Shown piece after piece: positions 48,381 to 54,608 of a DNA stretch of 54,608 nt. Both the position numbers and the translations under genes were made by a program. Numbering within the stretch: position 1 is the stretch's first letter; each line of letters begins with the position of its first letter. Source of the stretch: Mesotaenium endlicherianum (taxonomy: Eukaryota); the NCBI GenBank assembly GCA_009602735.1, contig WELA01003305.1, positions 790,233-844,840 of the forward strand. Reading direction: 5' to 3'. Under the pieces are notes generated by a model. The model did no database searches, was not told the DNA's origin, and saw only the letters and a list, made by a program, of their open reading frames with translations.

Positions 48381-51300
48381 TTATGAAGGGACTCCAGCGG
48401 CCCGAAGGTGGAACCGTTTCAACGCCCCTTTGGCATTGGTCAAGTGGTCCTTAAACTCCCAAGTGTCCCCAGAGGCATCGTAACCCTTCCATCGAATGAG
48501 GTATTTCATGACATATTTAGACGATCGACGGACCGAGCGAGCGTCTAAAATCTCATCGACCTCATATTCCTCAGGGTCGCCGTCCCGGACAGCGGGGACC
48601 GGTCCCGGTTGGACAGGGAACCGACCTGTGAACAGTGTATCACCTCTGATGTATGGTTCCAGGAAGGAGACATTGAAGTACGGGTGACCCTTGTATTCAG
48701 CTGACATGTTCAGTTTGTAAGCATTCTGACCGATACGACGTACCATCGAATATGGACCAACCCAGACAGGGCCAAGCTTTTTCTTGACCACACCAGGGAG
48801 GTACAGGTGTTGAGAATGCAGTTTGACTAAATCCCCCTTGGAAAATGTCAGTTCCCGACGGTGTTGATTAGCGTATTTTTGTTGGTTTTCTTGGGCCGTG
48901 TGCAAGTTTCGTTGGACTTCTGACAGGGTGTCAGCAAACTCCTGAGTTAACTGGAGGGAGACCGGGTTGTCAATCCCTTCAGGGTGAGTTAAAGATTCCC
49001 CTAGCACATCTAGAGGAGACTTAGGGACTCTACCCAGGCTGAGTTCAAAAGGAGTTTTGCCCGTTGACGCGTGCACCGCACTGTTGACCGCAAACTGAAT
49101 TTGAGGCAACAGGTCATCCCAATTATCTTGTTTTTGGTTAATATATGCTCTCAGCACCTCCTGCAGAACTCGGTTAGTTCTTTCAGTCTGCCCATCAGTC
49201 TGAGGGTGGTTTGCTGTGCTGAGCAGCTGTTTGACTCCCATTAACCCCATTAAAGCTCTCCAGAACTTAGAGGTGAATTTTGAGTCTCTGTCTGAGATGA
49301 TATTAGAAGGGAGCCCATGTTGGCATACTACATGGTTGTAAAACTGTCTCGCTGTTTCGAGTGCAGTCACTTTGACAGTTGTGGGGATAAAAATGACCAT
49401 TTTTGTCAGTTTATCCACGACTACCAGTATTGAATCATGCCCGTTGGCAGTTCTTGGTAGTGAGACCACCCAGTCCATGGATATAGTTTCCCAGCGTCCC
49501 GCTGGGATGGGTAGCGGTTGCAAGAGACCTCCGGGTGGTGTGTGCCGAGACTTATTTCTCTGACACTGGTCACAGGACTTGACATATTTCAAGACCTCCC
49601 GGGGTAACCCCTCCCAATGATAATGTTTTGCCAGTTTGCCAACAGTTTTGGCCTGCCCCAAATGTCCACCCAGGAGACTGTCATGAGCTTGACTCAGTAA
49701 GAGAGACCTTATTTCCAAGTTATTAGGAATGACCAGCTTCAGCCTGCCTGAAGTGGTTTCAGTCACCCAGACCCCTCCCTTGAGCTTATACCCGAGTGCA
49801 GTAGCACGACACATACCAGTAGTGGGGCTGGGCTCAAATGTTGGGTCAGAAAGGTAGGCTTTCCTAAGTTGTTCAAGGAAGGACTTTTTCACCTTTAGTG
49901 AAGTGAGTGCACACAGGACTTTATCTACAGCATGCTGACTAAAGTTCCTTTCTTGCAAGTCAGGTCTTCTAGAGAGTGCATCAGCAGGATTCAACTTCCC
50001 TGGTTTGTAGTCGATCTGGACTTGGAACTGCTCCAGCATCTGGCTCCAGCGGTTCTCCCTCCTCGACAGCTTGGACTTCTTCTGAAAGTGGGTCAGAGCT
50101 AGATGATCTGTAATCACCTTAAAAGCTTTACCATGTAAGTATGCTCTCCACTGTTTGAGTACATGAATGATAGCTAGCAGCTCTTTATCATGCACTGAGT
50201 AATTAATCTCCGCTGGATTAAATTTCATAGACTCATACAACACAGGATGCCACTCCTGCCGTACCTTACCATCCTTTGTGGTTTTGTCAGCAGGCTGCAA
50301 CAAAATAGCACCCATGGCAAAATCAGAGGCATCAGTAACCACCTGCACCGGTTTGCTGGGGTCATACACGGCTAGCACTGGGGCAGAACAAAGGGCATCT
50401 TTAAGGGTCTGGAAGGCAGCCTGCTGCTCTTCCCCCCACACATACCCGATGTCTTTCTTAGTAAGGTCAGTCAGTTTACTGGCCTTTGTGGAATAATTCT
50501 CAATAAATCTCCTATAGTAGTTAGCCAACCCGAGGAAGGATCTAACTTCAGAGACAGACTGTGGTACTGGCCAGTCCCTTATGGTCTGGACTTTCTTAGG
50601 ATCCACACTGATGCCCTCTTTACTGACAACGTGGCCTAAGAATTCAATACTTTCCTTAAAGAAATCACACTTGCTCATTTTAGCATACAAGTGATTTTTC
50701 CGCAGAGTGTCCAGCACTTTCTTTAAGTGTTCAGTGTGCTGAGCTTCATCTTTAGAGAAAATTAAAATATCATCCAGGAAAACTTGCACAAACTTATCCA
50801 AATAAGGTCTGAAAATGTCATTCATAGCACCCATAAAGGTAGCAGGAGCATTAGTCAGTCCAAATGGCATCACGTTGAACTCATAGTGTCCATAACGTGT
50901 GCGGAAAGCAGTCTTGTGTTCATCCCCCTCAGCAATTCTGATTTGATGATAACCACTCTTGAGATCTATCTTACTGAACACCTTAGCGCCAGACAGGGTA
51001 TCAAGCAAGTCCTCGATTCTGGGTAAAGCATACTTGTTCTTTACTGTAATTCTGTTCAGGGCTCTGTAATCCACACACATCCGCATACTGCCATCCTTTT
51101 TCTTAACAAATAGGATAGGTGCGCCGTACGGTGATTTACTGGGAGAAATGTAACCATTTTCCTCCAGCTCTGCAATCTGTGTTTTCAACTCCTCGCTCTC
51201 CAAATAAGACAAGCCATAAGTGCGTTGCCAGGGTGGCTGGCTACCAGGTAATAGATCAATCCTATGATCTACTTCCCTTTTAGGGGGTAGTCCTGGAGGC

Positions 51301-52187
51301 ATGTTAAACACATCAGTGTACTGAGCAACAATTTTTGCAGCAGTAGGGTGCTCCGGAGGGCTTACCTTTTTCTCAACCACTTCTTCAGGTTGAGGAGGTA
51401 CCTCTCTTAGCAGCAGACAGAACATTCTGTCTTCCTTCTGGTTCCAGCTTTTGACGAACTCCATTGCATTCAGCAACTTGCATCCTTCTGGAAGCCTCTT
51501 CTTTTCCTTCATTTGCCATCCACACAGGACAAGAGGAAGAGCACTGGTGGGTGCCAAGTCAGTCTGCCCATCACTGGCTCCTCTCACTTTAACTGTACCT
51601 CTGCTCCAACACACTTCAGCTTGATGTCTATTAAGCCAGGACCTGCCTAGCACGAGATCATAAAAGCCAGTGTTGAGTACCTCAAATGTAAGCGTTTCAG
51701 TTAGAACTGCAATGCCAGAACCTAACTGGACCTCAATAGGCTTGGTTATAACTCCTCCCGGGATACTTGAGGCATCTCCAAGGAATATTTTTCTATTCCC
51801 TTGGGTGACAGTAGGCAGCCTTAGCCGCTTAACTAAGTCCTTGTGAATAAAAGTATGTGACGCCCCTCCGTCAACAAATGCCCTCACCTTCCTACCTGCA
51901 ATCATGCAATGCAGTAGGATAGGGGGGACTGTCTTTTCCTGACTTTCGCATTGTTCTCCTGACGTAGCAAAGAAATGTTGGACATCAGGTGGAACAAGAG
52001 CATCCAGAGTGTGCACTCTCTGGACGTCTATATTACTGATGGTCTCCTTTATCTGTTTGTCAGGCATGCATAGTGAATCCAGTTCAGCAGGACCCATAAT
52101 ACCTGCTACGAGGGCAGCTAGTGACGACTCACTATCTCTAGCATCCTCACAGTCAGTAGACTGGATTACTGACTGTTGCTGTCTTTT
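48381..52187 (-). CDS. pol: Element G Pol (PR-RT-RH-INT-chromodomain), probably expressed by -1 frameshift at T-TTA-AAA (52190-52184)
   Basis: [55 protein letters not shown]...YLIRWKGY. The -1 frame is open from the heptamer through the Met at 52097. Confidence 0.96.
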   Translation of the reverse strand, partial: KRQQQSVIQSTDCEDARDSESSLAALVAGIMGPAELDSLCMPDKQIKETISNIDVQRVHTLDALVPPDVQHFFATSGEQCESQEKTVPPILLHCMIAGRKVRAFVDGGASHTFIHKDLVKRLRLPTVTQGNRKIFLGDASSIPGGVITKPIEVQLGSGIAVLTETLTFEVLNTGFYDLVLGRSWLNRHQAEVCWSRGTVKVRGASDGQTDLAPTSALPLVLCGWQMKEKKRLPEGCKLLNAMEFVKSWNQKEDRMFCLLLREVPPQPEEVVEKKVSPPEHPTAAKIVAQYTDVFNMPPGLPPKREVDHRIDLLPGSQPPWQRTYGLSYLESEELKTQIAELEENGYISPSKSPYGAPILFVKKKDGSMRMCVDYRALNRITVKNKYALPRIEDLLDTLSGAKVFSKIDLKSGYHQIRIAEGDEHKTAFRTRYGHYEFNVMPFGLTNAPATFMGAMNDIFRPYLDKFVQVFLDDILIFSKDEAQHTEHLKKVLDTLRKNHLYAKMSKCDFFKESIEFLGHVVSKEGISVDPKKVQTIRDWPVPQSVSEVRSFLGLANYYRRFIENYSTKASKLTDLTKKDIGYVWGEEQQAAFQTLKDALCSAPVLAVYDPSKPVQVVTDASDFAMGAILLQPADKTTKDGKVRQEWHPVLYESMKFNPAEINYSVHDKELLAIIHVLKQWRAYLHGKAFKVITDHLALTHFQKKSKLSRRENRWSQMLEQFQVQIDYKPGKLNPADALSRRPDLQERNFSQHAVDKVLCALTSLKVKKSFLEQLRKAYLSDPTFEPSPTTGMCRATALGYKLKGGVWVTETTSGRLKLVIPNNLEIRSLLLSQAHDSLLGGHLGQAKTVGKLAKHYHWEGLPREVLKYVKSCDQCQRNKSRHTPPGGLLQPLPIPAGRWETISMDWVVSLPRTANGHDSILVVVDKLTKMVIFIPTTVKVTALETARQFYNHVVCQHGLPSNIISDRDSKFTSKFWRALMGLMGVKQLLSTANHPQTDGQTERTNRVLQEVLRAYINQKQDNWDDLLPQIQFAVNSAVHASTGKTPFELSLGRVPKSPLDVLGESLTHPEGIDNPVSLQLTQEFADTLSEVQRNLHTAQENQQKYANQHRRELTFSKGDLVKLHSQHLYLPGVVKKKLGPVWVGPYSMVRRIGQNAYKLNMSAEYKGHPYFNVSFLEPYIRGDTLFTGRFPVQPGPVPAVRDGDPEEYEVDEILDARSVRRSSKYVMKYLIRWKGYDASGDTWEFKDHLTNAKGALKRFHLRAAGVPS

Positions 52188-53644
52188 AAAGGCTGGTCTT
52201 TTCTCTCGACCTTAGGCAGGTGCTTGACCGGACACTGTTCTCTGTAGTGGCCTTTCTGCTGACAATGGTAGCAAGTAGATTTTGCTGAGGCTGGTCTCGG
52301 CTTAGTCCTACCACCACCCCTTCCATAGCCACCTCGAGAGGGACCACCTCTACCTCTAGACTGAATAGCATTGTACTCATACTCATATTCATCACCCTGA
52401 TTATCCTCAGCCTGGTCTCCTTCAACTGCATTGTAGGAACCGTGGGGCTTTTTGACAATCTTAGACACCAAAGCGTTACTCTGGCGCTTGTGATTGAACT
52501 GCTGCTGATCCCAGGCGTCAGCATCCTGGATCAAGTCAGCCAGTTTCTCATACTTTTTCTCAGCAAAATGACCAGAGACCTCGGATTTCAAGCCATACCT
52601 GAAGTATGCTATCCTATACCGTTCTGGCAAATCAGGCTGCTTCATCATGTTCTCTTGGAACTTTTGAGCAAACTCAGCAACTGAAGTGGTCTGCTTCAGT
52701 GTCAGGGAGATCATCGCATAGATAGCTTTCTCCTGCTGGTTGATGACATCAAACTTCTCATGCAACTTCTCGACAAACTCTACCCACGTAGGGTCACCGA
52801 GTTGCCGAGCCTTACGCTCTTCCTTCCAGTAAAGCCACCAGTCTGCGGCACTGCCTTTCAGTAGCGCACCGGTGTGCCTGACCTTCTCGTAATCTTGCAG
52901 TTCTGGGTAGTTCTCCAGCCACTGCTCAACATCCGCGAGAAACTTGATCAGGTAATATTTTCTGTTTCCCTCAGGATCATAGTCCTGGGGAGGTTTCGGC
53001 TTGGACTTACTAGGCCCTCGGCCACCACCACTAGTGGTGTGAGACCCCAGCTGGTCTCTGTCCCGCAGTAGGGACATTGTTATTCTTTTGTCCTCCTGCT
53101 GGGACTGATACATGGTCGCCATTTGCGACTGCATCTGAACGAACAATGCTCCCAATTCTACACTCTGGGGTGGTTGATTAGCAAATGCAGCAGCAGCATT
53201 GGCATTTACTCGCTGAGTAGTGTCCTCAACAATCCCTCTTGTTCCTGCAGTAGCAATTCCAACCGCATTCAGCCGGTCACGTATTTGACCTAGGGGTACA
53301 TTGAGTTGTACGGCAGGAGGTGGGTTCAGAACATTGGCCCTTGATGCCATAAGTTCCTCAACATTGCGCTCGTCAGCTGGCTGTCCTTCCCTCCTTTCTG
53401 TATCTTCAGCGGCCTTTGCCACTTGTTCAGCTTCTAGCCTGGCTATCTCCTCCTCAACTTGCTGAGCTGCGACTGAGGCAATAGCAGCTGCCTCATCTGC
53501 AGCCTCCCTAGCTGCAGTATCTGCTACTGCATCCGAATAGGTACGGTTTCCCGCTACATGGCTTTCCGCCTGGTTTTTGACATTCTCGTTATCCTGGTTC
53601 TCCATGTCTCGGGAGTTGCTAGTTTGAGACCTTGTCCTTACCAT
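52166..53644 (-). CDS. gag: Element G Gag (492 aa) with RGG tract and CCHC knuckle
   Basis: MVRTRS start; [34 protein letters not shown]. Confidence 0.95.
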   Translation of the reverse strand: MVRTRSQTSNSRDMENQDNENVKNQAESHVAGNRTYSDAVADTAAREAADEAAAIASVAAQQVEEEIARLEAEQVAKAAEDTERREGQPADERNVEELMASRANVLNPPPAVQLNVPLGQIRDRLNAVGIATAGTRGIVEDTTQRVNANAAAAFANQPPQSVELGALFVQMQSQMATMYQSQQEDKRITMSLLRDRDQLGSHTTSGGGRGPSKSKPKPPQDYDPEGNRKYYLIKFLADVEQWLENYPELQDYEKVRHTGALLKGSAADWWLYWKEERKARQLGDPTWVEFVEKLHEKFDVINQQEKAIYAMISLTLKQTTSVAEFAQKFQENMMKQPDLPERYRIAYFRYGLKSEVSGHFAEKKYEKLADLIQDADAWDQQQFNHKRQSNALVSKIVKKPHGSYNAVEGDQAEDNQGDEYEYEYNAIQSRGRGGPSRGGYGRGGGRTKPRPASAKSTCYHCQQKGHYREQCPVKHLPKVERKDQPLKDSNSQ

Positions 53645-54399
53645 ACAAAGAAGACTGTGATAACTGCTCCGATACCACTGAAATGAATCGACTTACCAAA
53701 TAGGCGATTAACAATTAATAAAGATCTTTATATCAGCAAGTAATCTTTATGGTATTTTCCGTTAACTGTTTTAACGGCAAGGGACAACACACTAGCAGTG
53801 AATAATACTCGTGAGTCAAATGAGAGTAAACTAGCATCAATAATGCAAATTAGTAAACTCATACATAAGCAAGGTTAGAAGACAGTGCGTATCAATGGCT
53901 TCTCGCCTTGGATTCAGATCTCTCTCCGTAAGCTGTACAGGAGAGTTGGCCTCGTTTCGAATGCCAAACTCGAGAGCATTGCCTAGCATATGTACATGGA
54001 ATGAGTTCACTGTTCAACGGTCAGTGCGATGGCACCGCCTACCCGGGAGTTAACCACGTTGGTAGGACCTCGGTTAACCAAATCCACCGCCATCTCCCAT
54101 CATCCCGAATAGCCATCTATCATAGGGATGTCATCTGGCCATTCATCTAGCATATCGTACTTAGGTGTACGTCAAGGCAGTTCGCTGCTACCGAGTACGG
54201 AACTCAGCTGGCTGTCAAAGAATGGGTCAGCAAGCTGACTTATAAGGACTTCAGCCTGCTGCTTCCGGCTGAGTCATTAAACTGATAATTATGTAAAGTC
54301 CAGCAGACTGACTATTAACTAAAGTTCAGCAGGCTGAACTTGATGAACTATTATATTTAAATGAATACTATATCCACTAATATACTGATTCATTACAGC

Positions 54400-54608
54400 T
54401 GAAATGAATCGCCTTACCAAATAGGCGATTAACAATTAATAAAGATCTTTATACCAGCAAGTAATCTTTATGGTATTTCCGTTAACTCGTTTAAACGGCA
54501 AAGGACAATACACTAGCAGGGAATACTACTCGTCAGTCAAATGAGAGTAAACTAGCATCAATAATGCAAATCAGTAAACTCATACATAAGCAAGGTTAGA
54601 AGACAGTG
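54400..54608 (-). mobile_element. Additional family G LTR in direct tandem with the 5' LTR of element G, running off the window
   Basis: ...CATTACA-GC-TGAAATGAATCG... The sequence after 54400 repeats the sequence after 53679. Confidence 0.95.

Larger units (their letters stand above)
45442..54397 (-). mobile_element. Element G: Ty3/Gypsy chromovirus with uninterrupted ORFs and an extra 3' ORF; LTRs 45442-46166 and 53679-54397
   Basis: The LTRs differ at roughly a dozen sites by eye; PBS 53666-53677; PPT TAAGTTGGAGGGA at ~46168-46180; open gag, pol and ORF3. No TSD is visible because of the N on the left and a tandem LTR on the right. Confidence 0.97.

Overview
Eukaryotic nuclear DNA, most consistent with a green plant lineage such as a streptophyte alga (inference from the protein similarities and the TE content). 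The first 3 kb hold the last five coding exons of an Xaa-Pro dipeptidase (prolidase) gene. The remaining ~51 kb is a stack of nested transposable elements, whose boundaries I resolved by eye from LTR termini, primer-binding sites (PBS), polypurine tracts (PPT) and target-site duplications (TSD). It contains five chromodomain-bearing Ty3/Gypsy elements (labelled A, B, D, F, G), a non-coding LARD-like element (C), a 499-bp TRIM, and solo or partial LTRs. Two older host elements appear only after removing these insertions. One is a RAG1/Transib-like DDE transposase with a convergent second ORF. The other is a decayed gag-protease retroelement carrying a C5 cytosine DNA methyltransferase. Element G has uninterrupted ORFs, a -1 frameshift site, and an unexplained ~560-aa third ORF bracketed by two hairpin+PPT modules; a diverged homolog of that ORF lies at 3.3-3.9 kb. 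Element G also abuts another LTR through an exact 2-LTR-circle-type junction. All protein assignments are motif recognition by eye, not database searches.
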